This document shows, piece by piece, positions 1 through 8,389 of a DNA stretch of 64,000 nucleotides. Within the stretch, counting starts at the first letter, position 1. Each line of letters begins with the position of its first letter. The translations under genes were made by a program, and so were the position numbers. The stretch lies in NCBI GenBank assembly GCA_045568775.1, contig JBJLAJ010000003.1, positions 129,123 to 193,122 on the forward strand, in the 5' to 3' direction. Under the pieces are notes generated by a model that saw nothing but the letters and a program-made list of their open reading frames with translations, was not told where the DNA came from and ran no database searches. The stretch is from Cytophagales bacterium (lineage in GTDB: Bacteria; Bacteroidota; Bacteroidia; Cytophagales; MED-G16).

Positions 1-1
1 T

Positions 2-127
2 TTAAATGAAGGGATATTTGATGGTAAAATTGAGTTATTTGTATCTGATACCTTGCAATTATCTAAATTGATTAAGAGATTACAAAGTGTTCCAAATGTT
101 AATAATGTTGTGAGATTAGATTTGTAA
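2..127 (+). CDS. 3' end of a CDS that starts upstream of the window; possibly the C-terminal ACT-like tail of a RelA/SpoT-family protein
   Basis: Frame 2 is open from the window edge to TAA at 125-127 (LNEGIFDGKIELFVSDTLQLSKLIKRLQSVPNVNNVVRLDL*). The family guess rests on only 41 residues. Confidence 0.3.
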   Translation, partial: LNEGIFDGKIELFVSDTLQLSKLIKRLQSVPNVNNVVRLDL

Positions 128-130
128 AAA

Positions 131-568
131 ATGGAAAGTAAATCAATTTTAAAAGAGGTAAATAAAATTCTCGATAAGCACTTAGAATTAAAGGGTCTAA
201 GAAAAACTCCAGAAAGGTACGCCATCATCAATGAAGTGTATTCTTTTGATCATCATTTTGATGCTGATGAACTTTATTCTCAGATGATAAATAAAAAATA
301 TAGAGTTAGTAGAGCAACTATATATAATACCTTGGAGTTATTAGTTAGTTTAGAGCTTGTTACTAGACATGTTTTTAAAGATAATCTAGCAAAGTATGAA
401 AAGTCTTTTGGCTTCAGACAACATGATCATATAATACTAGACAACAATGAAATAATTGAATTTTGTGATCCTAGAATACAATCTATAAAAAACACTTTAG
501 AAGAAATGTTTGATGTTAAAATTAAAAACCATTCACTATATTTTTTTGGTGAGAAAAACAAAAAATAA
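131..568 (+). CDS. Fur-family transcriptional regulator (atypical, lacks a Cys4 zinc site)
   Basis: 145 aa. Winged-helix region (TPERYAIINEVY...RVSRATIYNTLELLVSLELV) and HDH motif typical of Fur/Zur/PerR. Only one Cys in the protein. Stop abuts the purA ATG. Confidence 0.75.
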   Translation: MESKSILKEVNKILDKHLELKGLRKTPERYAIINEVYSFDHHFDADELYSQMINKKYRVSRATIYNTLELLVSLELVTRHVFKDNLAKYEKSFGFRQHDHIILDNNEIIEFCDPRIQSIKNTLEEMFDVKIKNHSLYFFGEKNKK

Positions 569-1837
569 ATGTCTGTAGATGTACTTTTAGGACTTCAGTG
601 GGGGGATGAAGGTAAAGGAAAGATAGTTGATTTCTTAGCCCCTAATTATGATTTTATTGCGAGGTTTCAGGGTGGGCCTAATGCTGGTCATACTTTGGAA
701 TTTGATGGAATAAAGCATGTTTTGCATCAAATCCCTTCAGGTATTTTTAGAGAAGATAAATATAATATAATAGGAAATGGTGTAGTTCTTGATCCTGTTA
801 TTTTTATGAAAGAAGTAACTCAGATTCATGATAAATTTGACATTCAGTTAAAAAATATTTTAACTATTTCTTCTCGAGCTCAATTAATATCACCTGTCCA
901 CAGATTACTTGATAGGGTTCTAGAAGAAAATAAAGGAGATAAAAAAATTGGATCAACTTTAAAAGGAATTGGACCAACTTATCAAGATAAAATTGGGCGT
1001 CATGGTCTTAGAGTTGGGGATGTTTTATCAGAATCATTTCATGACAAGTATAAACTTCAAAAATCTTATCATGATTATTTCTTAGACGGATATTATAATG
1101 AACAATTTCAAAATGAAGAAACACAATTTTTTGATTCTATAGATTTCTTAAAGCAGTTTGATATCCTTGATACTGAATATCTAATTAATAAAAATGTTGA
1201 AAAAAATAAAAAATTTTTAGCAGAGGGAGCTCAAGGCACTTTATTAGATATAGATTTTGGAAGCTATCCATTTGTGACTTCTTCAAATACAACAACTGCA
1301 GGAGCTTGTATTGGTTTAGGAATTTCTCCTAAGAAAATAGGTGAAGTTTTTGGTATATTTAAAGCATATTGTACAAGAGTTGGAGCTGGACCTTTCCCTA
1401 CTGAACTTTTTAATGAGGAGGGTAAACAAATAGGGATTAATGGTAATGAATTTGGCTCAACAACAGGTAGACCAAGAAGGTGTGGGTGGCTTGATATCCC
1501 CGCTCTAAAATATTCAGTCATGCTTAATGGAGTAACTAAACTCTATATGATGAAAGCAGATGTTTTATCTGATTTTAAAGAAGTCAAGATATGTGTCGGG
1601 TACAATTATAAAGGTAAAGAGATAGACTACTTTCCTTCGTCAATTGACTCAGAAGATATTGAACCTATATACAAAACTTTTGATGGATGGACCTCATCTA
1701 CTAACTCATGTAAAGATTATGATTCATTAGAAGAAAATTTTAAAGATTATATTAGATTCATAGAGGACAAGACTGGAGTTAATATTAAGTTAATTTCATT
1801 GGGACCTGATAGAGAAGAAACCATATACATTAATTAA
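569..1837 (+). CDS. purA: adenylosuccinate synthase
   Basis: 422 aa. QWGDEGKGKIVD P-loop, GPNAGHT, GSTLKGIGPTY and TTGRPRRCGWLD motifs. Confidence 0.97.
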   Translation: MSVDVLLGLQWGDEGKGKIVDFLAPNYDFIARFQGGPNAGHTLEFDGIKHVLHQIPSGIFREDKYNIIGNGVVLDPVIFMKEVTQIHDKFDIQLKNILTISSRAQLISPVHRLLDRVLEENKGDKKIGSTLKGIGPTYQDKIGRHGLRVGDVLSESFHDKYKLQKSYHDYFLDGYYNEQFQNEETQFFDSIDFLKQFDILDTEYLINKNVEKNKKFLAEGAQGTLLDIDFGSYPFVTSSNTTTAGACIGLGISPKKIGEVFGIFKAYCTRVGAGPFPTELFNEEGKQIGINGNEFGSTTGRPRRCGWLDIPALKYSVMLNGVTKLYMMKADVLSDFKEVKICVGYNYKGKEIDYFPSSIDSEDIEPIYKTFDGWTSSTNSCKDYDSLEENFKDYIRFIEDKTGVNIKLISLGPDREETIYIN

Positions 1838-1886
1838 TCTGTATTGTATATTGATAATATTTTAGTTTTATCTAAATTTGCTTTTA

Positions 1887-3146
1887 ATGTCTTTGTTGCT
1901 AAACTCCTTAGTTGTTTCAGATCCAACATCAAAATATCATAATTCTTTAGTTAATATTCTAATTTCTTTAGATGGAAAAATAAAGAAGATCTCTAAAGGT
2001 AAAATTAATGATAAAGTAAGAAAAAAAATTGATTGTAAATCAAGTAAAATATCAATTGGCTGGATTGATTTAAATGCTAATTTTTGTGATCCTGGATATG
2101 AATATAAAGAGGACTTACAATCTGGGACTTATTTAGCATGTAGTTCTGGTTTTACTGAGGTTGTAATTAGTCCAAATACTAATCCAGTTATTCAGACTAA
2201 AAATGATATTTCATATATAATGAACAATTCAAAAAATGAATTGTGTAAAATATATCCATGTGCTTCAGTTACAAAGAATGGGGATGGTCATGAAATGAAT
2301 GATCTGATGGATTTAAACAATGAGGGAGCAATTGCATTTTCTGATTCTAGAATTGATAACACTGAGTTGGTTTTAAATACCCTATTGTATCTTAAACAGT
2401 TTAATGGTGTATACATATCAAAACCTAGGGAGAGATTTTTGTCTAGCGGTCTGGTAAATGACAGTTTGAATAGTAATATTTTGGGTGTAAAATCAATACC
2501 ATATATATCTGAAACAATAGCAATTAAAAGAGATATATCATTAATAGAGTATACTAAGGGAAAAATTCATTTTTCAGGAATTTCATGCAAAGAATCTGTG
2601 AATCTTATAAGGGAAGCTAAGAAGAGAGGACTCTCTGTAACATGCGATGTGCCTATTTATAATTTTCTTTTAGATGATTCAAAAATTCTTGATTTTGATA
2701 CTAACTATAAAGTATTTCCTCCTTTAAGGTCAAATGAAGACATCCAAGAATTAATTAGAGGTTTAGAAGATGATACTATTGATGTCATTACATCAAATCA
2801 TCAACCCCAAGATTATGATTCTAAGAATTGTGAATTTGAAAATGCAAGTTTTGGGATTATTTCATTGCAAACTTTTTATTCAAACATGTTAGAGCTATCA
2901 TCTAAGATTTCTTTTGATAAAATAATTCAAAAAGTTACATCTAATCCTAGAAAAATTTTAGGTATAAATTCTCCAGAAATTAAAATTGGAGATAGAGCAC
3001 TATTTACAATTTTTGATGATAAGGGTTCATGGGATTTTAATGAAAATACTAATTTATCAAAATCTTCTAATTCTCCATGGATGAATTGGTCATTAAGAGG
3101 TAAGGTAAATGGTGTCGTTGTCGGCTCTAAAACAAATTTAAAGTAA
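1887..3146 (+). CDS. dihydroorotase-like protein, predicted non-catalytic (metal ligands substituted)
   Basis: Collinear with class I DHOase (PGYEYKEDLQSG, GAIAFSDS, KVFPPLRS, ASFGIISLQT). However, the HxH motif is NAN (IDLNANF), HH is YN (VPIYNF), and TDHAPH is SNHQPQ. The ORF track starts at TTG 1878; the first ATG is 1887. Confidence 0.8.
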   Translation: MSLLLNSLVVSDPTSKYHNSLVNILISLDGKIKKISKGKINDKVRKKIDCKSSKISIGWIDLNANFCDPGYEYKEDLQSGTYLACSSGFTEVVISPNTNPVIQTKNDISYIMNNSKNELCKIYPCASVTKNGDGHEMNDLMDLNNEGAIAFSDSRIDNTELVLNTLLYLKQFNGVYISKPRERFLSSGLVNDSLNSNILGVKSIPYISETIAIKRDISLIEYTKGKIHFSGISCKESVNLIREAKKRGLSVTCDVPIYNFLLDDSKILDFDTNYKVFPPLRSNEDIQELIRGLEDDTIDVITSNHQPQDYDSKNCEFENASFGIISLQTFYSNMLELSSKISFDKIIQKVTSNPRKILGINSPEIKIGDRALFTIFDDKGSWDFNENTNLSKSSNSPWMNWSLRGKVNGVVVGSKTNLK

Positions 3147-4127
3147 ATGGGAAATATAGATTTATCTATTGTAATTCCCTCATTTGACGAGGAAGAATCA
3201 TTACCTATTTTAGTTAAATCAATTTATAATAATTTACAAAATCAAAATATAATTTTTGAAGTTATTATTGTTGATGATGGGAGTGCTGATAATACATGGT
3301 ATGAAATTGTATGTTTAGAAAAAAAATATTCTAACATTACCCCAATAAAATTTATAAAAAATTATGGTAAGTCTGATGCGCTTGATGCAGGTTTTAAAGC
3401 GTCTTATGGTAATTATGTTCTTACAATGGACGCAGATTTACAAGATGATCCTGAAGAAATTTATAAATTATACAAAGTTATTTCTAAAGAGGGTTTTGAC
3501 CTTGTATCAGGATGGAAGAAAAAAAGAAATGACCCGTTGTCTAAGACTATCCCATCAAAATTTTTTAATATGGTAACTAGAATTTTTTCAGGTATCAAAT
3601 TAAATGATTTTAATTGTGGTATAAAGATTTATAAGAGGGAGGTTATAGATTCTATTAATTTATATGGTGAGATGCATAGATATATTCCATTGATTGCTAA
3701 ATGGAATGGATATAAAAATATAGGAGAGAAGGAAGTTAATCATAATAAACGTAAATTTGGAAAAACAAAATTTGGAATGGAGAGATATATAAGAGGGTTT
3801 CTAGACTTATTATCAGTGAGTTTTGTCTATAGATTTAAGAAAAGGCCAATGCATTTTTTTGGAACTTTTGGTGTTTTGTTTTTCATTATTGGTTTTATTT
3901 CAGTTGGTTTAATTGTTTATGAAAAAATAAATAAAATTTCAGAGAATGTACCTTTAGACTTAATTAGACCTGTCACAGACCAACCATTATTTTATATTGC
4001 TTTGGTTTCAATTATTATTGGTGTTCAATTATTCTTAGTTGGTTTTCTTTCGGAGTTGGTAATTCAGATTAATTCTGATAGGAAGGGTTATAAAATAGAA
4101 GAGACTGGGGATGTCAAAAAAAGTTAA
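3147..4127 (+). CDS. family 2 glycosyltransferase, GtrB/DPM1-like polyprenyl-phosphate sugar transferase with C-terminal TM helices
   Basis: 326 aa. IVIPSFDEEESL, IIVDDGSADNT and MDADLQDDPEE (DxD) motifs. Two hydrophobic C-terminal helices (FGTFGVLFFIIGFISVGLIV; LFYIALVSIIIGVQLFLVGF). Confidence 0.85.
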   Translation: MGNIDLSIVIPSFDEEESLPILVKSIYNNLQNQNIIFEVIIVDDGSADNTWYEIVCLEKKYSNITPIKFIKNYGKSDALDAGFKASYGNYVLTMDADLQDDPEEIYKLYKVISKEGFDLVSGWKKKRNDPLSKTIPSKFFNMVTRIFSGIKLNDFNCGIKIYKREVIDSINLYGEMHRYIPLIAKWNGYKNIGEKEVNHNKRKFGKTKFGMERYIRGFLDLLSVSFVYRFKKRPMHFFGTFGVLFFIIGFISVGLIVYEKINKISENVPLDLIRPVTDQPLFYIALVSIIIGVQLFLVGFLSELVIQINSDRKGYKIEETGDVKKS

Positions 4128-5088
4128 ATATTCAGTAGTTGTAGCAGTTTACAATAGGCCAGAGGAGATGAATGAACTTCTAGAAAGCATTGTTCAACAG
4201 AGATTTAAAAATTTAGAGATAATTATAGTAGACGATGGATCTGAAAAATCATCTAGAGAAGTCTTTCAAAATTTTAGAGATAAACTAAAAATATCTTATT
4301 TTTTTATAGAAAATCAAGGTCCTGCACTAGCTAGAAATTTTGGTGTTACTAAATCTGATGGAGATTGGATAATATTTTTTGACTCTGACTGTACTATACC
4401 TAAAAATTATTTTTTTGAGGTAGAGAAGTTTCTTGAAAAAAATAATGTTAGCTTTTATGGTGGACCAGATATGATGGATGAGAGTTTTACATATCTCCAA
4501 AAATCAATTAATTTTTCTATGACATCGCTATTCACTACAGGTGGAATTAGAGGGAGTAAGATATCAATAGATAAATTTCTTCCTAGATCCTTTAATATGG
4601 GAATAAAAAAAGATGCATTCGAGAAAATAAATGGTTTCTCAGACATAAGGCAGTACGGAGAAGATTTAGATTTATCATATAAATTAATTTTTTCCGGAAA
4701 TAAATCTGCACTTATACCAGGAGCTAAGGTCTTTCATAAGAGGAGAACAAATTTATTTAACTTTTTAAATCAGATGTTTAAATCTGGTAAAGGGAGACAT
4801 TACTTAAATATTAAGTATAAGAATACCTTTAAATTATTTCATATTTTTCCAACACTTTTTATTCTTGGATTTATTCTTAGCCAGATTCTATTTGTCTTTT
4901 ATGGTAATAAGCTCGGGGAGATAATTCAGATCTTTTATGGAGTTTATTTCTCTGCAATATTTTTAAGCTCTTCTATTATGAACAAAAATCCTATTATTGG
5001 AATTTTATCAGTTATAACAACTTTCACTCAATTCTTAGGCTATGGAACTGGGTATATTTATGGTTTAGTTGAGCATGAAAAAAAATGA
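4111..5088 (+). CDS. family 2 glycosyltransferase with C-terminal membrane domain
   Basis: 325 aa. VVVAVYNRPEEM, IIVDDGSEKSS and FFDSDC motifs. Hydrophobic C-terminus. Overlaps the upstream GT2 by 17 nt. Confidence 0.8.
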   Translation: MSKKVKYSVVVAVYNRPEEMNELLESIVQQRFKNLEIIIVDDGSEKSSREVFQNFRDKLKISYFFIENQGPALARNFGVTKSDGDWIIFFDSDCTIPKNYFFEVEKFLEKNNVSFYGGPDMMDESFTYLQKSINFSMTSLFTTGGIRGSKISIDKFLPRSFNMGIKKDAFEKINGFSDIRQYGEDLDLSYKLIFSGNKSALIPGAKVFHKRRTNLFNFLNQMFKSGKGRHYLNIKYKNTFKLFHIFPTLFILGFILSQILFVFYGNKLGEIIQIFYGVYFSAIFLSSSIMNKNPIIGILSVITTFTQFLGYGTGYIYGLVEHEKK

Positions 5089-5815
5089 AATGATAAAAAA
5101 AATTATTCCATACCATATTAAAATCAAACTCCACGAAATAAAAAATATATTTAGAGACATTTTTAAAGGATATTATTTCAATTATGCTAAGAGAAAGCAA
5201 TTGCCAAGTAAATTTTTACATACTTTGAAGATAAGGCAAGACTTAAAACCTAATGATACAAAAAAGAATAACTTATTGATAGCCATAAAATCTATAGAGT
5301 CAGTTGAAATAAATCCAAATGAAATTTTCTCGTTTTGGAAAATTGTTGGTAACCCTTCAAGTAAAAAAGGTTATTTAGAAAGTCGCTCCTTAGTTAATAA
5401 TCAACTAGAAAAATCTATAGGAGGTGGTCTTTGTCAATTATCAGGACTCATATACTATATTAGTTTGCACGCTAAACTAGAAGTGCTCGAAAGATATAGT
5501 CATTCTATGGATATTTATACAAATGAGAATCGATTTACTCCACTAGGTTCCGATGCTACGGTAGTATATGGTTATAAAGATTTGAAAATTAGAAATAATT
5601 TAAATCATCCGATTAAGTTCACTTTTTTAATGGAAGAAAATCATATAACAATACAATTAAATCACTCAAGTTTAATTGAAAATAATAAGGTTGATTTTAA
5701 AGAAAATATCCTAGATGATAATAGGATTGAAGTATTCACTATTATAAATCAAGAAAAAAAAGGTAAATCTATATATAAAAGGTATGTGTCTAACACTATT
5801 AAAAAAACAGATTAA
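5075..5815 (+). CDS. VanW-domain protein
   Basis: About 246 aa. GGGLCQLSGLIYYISLHA and GSDATVVYGYKDLKIRNN resemble the VanW core. The ORF track start at 5069 is TTG; the first ATG is 5075. Confidence 0.65.
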   Translation: MKKNEMIKKIIPYHIKIKLHEIKNIFRDIFKGYYFNYAKRKQLPSKFLHTLKIRQDLKPNDTKKNNLLIAIKSIESVEINPNEIFSFWKIVGNPSSKKGYLESRSLVNNQLEKSIGGGLCQLSGLIYYISLHAKLEVLERYSHSMDIYTNENRFTPLGSDATVVYGYKDLKIRNNLNHPIKFTFLMEENHITIQLNHSSLIENNKVDFKENILDDNRIEVFTIINQEKKGKSIYKRYVSNTIKKTD

Positions 5816-5829
5816 AACTCCATTTTTAA

Positions 5830-6597
5830 TTAAGAGAATATAATATATAGATCCTCATTTTCATCAGTACCATATTTATTTATCTCTGATTTATTTAGAT
5901 AAGTATAAGAATTCACTATTTTAACATTGAATCCTGCAGATTCTAATCTTTTCTTATAATCTTTCCCATATTTTCTTACGTGATCAGACTGCCCATATAA
6001 TTTTTCTCTTTCTCTTTTTGATTTTACAATTTTATCCTCAATGGTTTTTTCTGGTATAGGATCATAAAATGGTACTTGAACTATTCCTATTCCATCTCTT
6101 TTTAAAACTCTCTTAATTTCCTTTAAAGCTTTAATGTCATTATTAACATGTTCAAGAACATGATTACATAAAACTAAATCAAATGAGTTTTCTTTAAATG
6201 GCATATTATGAATATCCATTTTAATATCTGCTAAAGGGGAATTAAGGTCAGCAGTTATATATTCTATATTATCAAATCTTTTAAAAATACTTATTAAGCA
6301 CCCTTCAGGAGCAATGTGCAATAATTTAGTTTTATTTTTAAAAATTAAAGTCTTTTTTTCAAGATAAAGATATATCAGTCTATGCCTTTCAAGAGAAAGA
6401 CAATTTGTACATAGGGCATTATTACGAGTTTTTCTTCCATATGGAAAAAATTCTTTGAAAGATTTATTACAGATAGGACATTCTACATTATTTCCATAGT
6501 AAAATATGGAAATCATCTTAAAAATTGGCTTACTTATCCTCTGGAGAAGGGTTCTAGGTAATTTTCTTAATAAAAAACCTACTAATTTTCTTAACAT
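5830..6597 (-). CDS. class I SAM-dependent methyltransferase with N-terminal zinc ribbon
   Basis: 255 aa. CPICNKSF...CTNCLSLERHR (CxxC...CxxC), then a methyltransferase core (LLHIAPEG, FDLVLCNHVLEHV). The start overlaps the purB stop. Confidence 0.75.
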   Translation of the reverse strand: MLRKLVGFLLRKLPRTLLQRISKPIFKMISIFYYGNNVECPICNKSFKEFFPYGRKTRNNALCTNCLSLERHRLIYLYLEKKTLIFKNKTKLLHIAPEGCLISIFKRFDNIEYITADLNSPLADIKMDIHNMPFKENSFDLVLCNHVLEHVNNDIKALKEIKRVLKRDGIGIVQVPFYDPIPEKTIEDKIVKSKREREKLYGQSDHVRKYGKDYKKRLESAGFNVKIVNSYTYLNKSEINKYGTDENEDLYIIFS

Positions 6598-7949
6598 CTT
6601 TTTGCATTTCCTAAGTAATTGCTAGGAGTAATAGATAATAATTCCTTCTTGATAGATTTACTCACAGGTAAATTTTTAATGAAGTTAGTAATTGAACTTT
6701 TAGTAATTTCATTATTGCCTCTAGTAAGATTTTTTAAAAGTTCATAAGGATTTGGAATTCTTTCCCTCCTTAAAATAGTTTGGATAGCTTCAGATACTAC
6801 CGCCCAATTATTTTCTAAATCTTTTTTTATTACTTCTTTGTTTACGTCTATTTTATTTAAACCTTTAATAAGTGATTCAAGAGCTATTTTAGTATGAGCA
6901 AATGGAATGCCAATATTTCTAGAAACAGTTGAGTCCGTAAGATCTCTTTGAAGTCTTGAGATGGGTAATTTTTCAGCTAAAAAAATAAACTGAGAATTTG
7001 AGTACATTAAATTACCTTCAGCATTTTCAAAGTCTATAGGATTCACTTTGTGTGGCATTGCGGATGAACCAACCTCTTTTTTATTTACTTTTTGGATAAA
7101 ATAATTAATTGAAATATAGTGCCATGAATCTCTACATAGATCAATTAAAATAGTATTAAGTCTGCTTAGATTATGAAATATAGCTGACATATTATCATAA
7201 TGTTCTATCTGAGTTGTTGGTTTGCTCCTTTTGAGACCTATAGATTTTAAAAAAGTATCTGAAAAATTGTCCCAATCAATATCTGGAAATGATACATAAT
7301 GAGCATTTAAATTACCAGATGCTCCTCCGAACTTTCCGTTATTTGGGATATTTTTTAAAGCTTCTAATTGCTTATTAAGCCTTTCTTCAAATACTCTGAA
7401 CTCCTTTCCAAATGTGGTGGGGGTTGCTGATTGTCCATGAGTTCTAGCAATCATTGCAACATCTTTCAAATAAACTGACATTTTATTAATTTCTTTTATA
7501 ACCTCTTTGAATGAAGGGATGATAATATTCTTTAAAGAATCTTTGATCATTAAAGGAACTGCAGTATTGTTTATATCTTGAGATGTTAACCCAAAGTGTA
7601 TATATTCCTTGTATTCTTTTAAACCAATTTTATCAAATTCCTCCTTTAAAAAATATTCAACTGCTTTTACGTCATGATTTATATTTTTTTCAATCTCCTT
7701 AATCCTTAGTGCATTCTTTTCATTAAAATTTTCTATAATTTTTTCAACGCTTCTCAACTCTTTTGAAGAGATTTTATTAATTGGATTAATTGAACATTTT
7801 GATAATGCTATGAAATATTTTATTTCTATATAAACTCTATATTTTATTAGTGCGTACTCAGAAAAATACTCTTGAAATTTTGTTGTCTTCTTAGAATATC
7901 TACCGTCAACTGGAGATATTGATAGTAAACTTTTTGAGATTGAATTCAT
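6591..7949 (-). CDS. purB: adenylosuccinate lyase
   Basis: SPVDGRYS N-terminus, HGQSATPTTFGKE and the GSSAMPHKVNP fumarate-lyase signature. The likely start is the ATG at 7949 (MNSISKS...), not the upstream alternative at 7982. Confidence 0.95.
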   Translation of the reverse strand: MNSISKSLLSISPVDGRYSKKTTKFQEYFSEYALIKYRVYIEIKYFIALSKCSINPINKISSKELRSVEKIIENFNEKNALRIKEIEKNINHDVKAVEYFLKEEFDKIGLKEYKEYIHFGLTSQDINNTAVPLMIKDSLKNIIIPSFKEVIKEINKMSVYLKDVAMIARTHGQSATPTTFGKEFRVFEERLNKQLEALKNIPNNGKFGGASGNLNAHYVSFPDIDWDNFSDTFLKSIGLKRSKPTTQIEHYDNMSAIFHNLSRLNTILIDLCRDSWHYISINYFIQKVNKKEVGSSAMPHKVNPIDFENAEGNLMYSNSQFIFLAEKLPISRLQRDLTDSTVSRNIGIPFAHTKIALESLIKGLNKIDVNKEVIKKDLENNWAVVSEAIQTILRRERIPNPYELLKNLTRGNNEITKSSITNFIKNLPVSKSIKKELLSITPSNYLGNAKRC

Positions 7950-8015
7950 TTGCAAATTTAGATAAATATTGTAACAGATCACATATATTAACGTTATTAA
8001 GATTAATATTAAAGA

Positions 8016-8297
8016 ATGAATGATATGACTACTGTAAAAATTATGATGGATGGTGAAGATTTTGGTTTTGAAATGAAAAAATCTGAAACAATTCTTGACG
8101 CAGCTCTAGAAAACGATATAGACTTACCTTACTCATGTCAAAGTGGTGTTTGTACTTCATGCCAGGGAAAATTAATTTCTGGTTCTGTTGATATGGATGT
8201 TAGTGACGGGTTATCTGATGAAGAGATAAGTGAAGGATATATTTTATGTTGTCAGGCCATCCCTTCTTCTGATTTAATTGAAGTTGAGATAGATTAG
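8016..8297 (+). CDS. plant-type [2Fe-2S] ferredoxin
   Basis: 93 aa. The C-x4-C-x2-C motif (CQSGVCTSCQG) plus the downstream ILCCQA cysteine. Confidence 0.85.
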   Translation: MNDMTTVKIMMDGEDFGFEMKKSETILDAALENDIDLPYSCQSGVCTSCQGKLISGSVDMDVSDGLSDEEISEGYILCCQAIPSSDLIEVEID

Positions 8298-8331
8298 AAT
8301 TAAAGTTTATAGTCTGTTATTAGCTTTTTTC

Positions 8332-8363
8332 TTTGAAAAATTTAAAATAATATGATACATTTG
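8332..8363 (+). promoter_or_regulatory. candidate Bacteroidota sigma-A promoter for rpoD (-33 TTTG, -7 TACATTTG)
   Basis: TTTG at 8332-8335 and TAnnTTTG match (TACATTTG) at 8356-8363 with 20-nt spacing, 27 nt upstream of the rpoD ATG. Confidence 0.4.
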
Positions 8364-8389
8364 CTGATAATTTTTCTCAAAAAACATTC

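Noticed and set aside
1264-1521. 85-aa antisense ORF inside purA
   Set aside because: It lies entirely within a strongly supported CDS on the other strand and has a low-complexity, Pro/Leu-rich translation. This is a typical shadow ORF.
3364-3576. Other nested ORFs in the track (3364-3576, 4455-4646, 14037-14297, 14450-14635, 16497-16697, 16740-16934, 18154-18342, 19645-19857, 21957-22235, 23812-24024, 25370-25669, 27989-28174, 30554-30784, 33093-33278, 34141-34356, 37106-37450, 37655-37933, 45816-46082, 47536-47853, 49982-50164)
   Set aside because: Each lies wholly or mostly inside a well-supported CDS in another frame or on the other strand. They are consistent with chance ORFs.
8298-8389. 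Terminator-like partial palindrome AAAGTTTATAGTCTGTTATTAGCTTTTTT after the ferredoxin gene
   Set aside because: Only about 4-6 imperfect base pairs can form. This is too weak to call a terminator.
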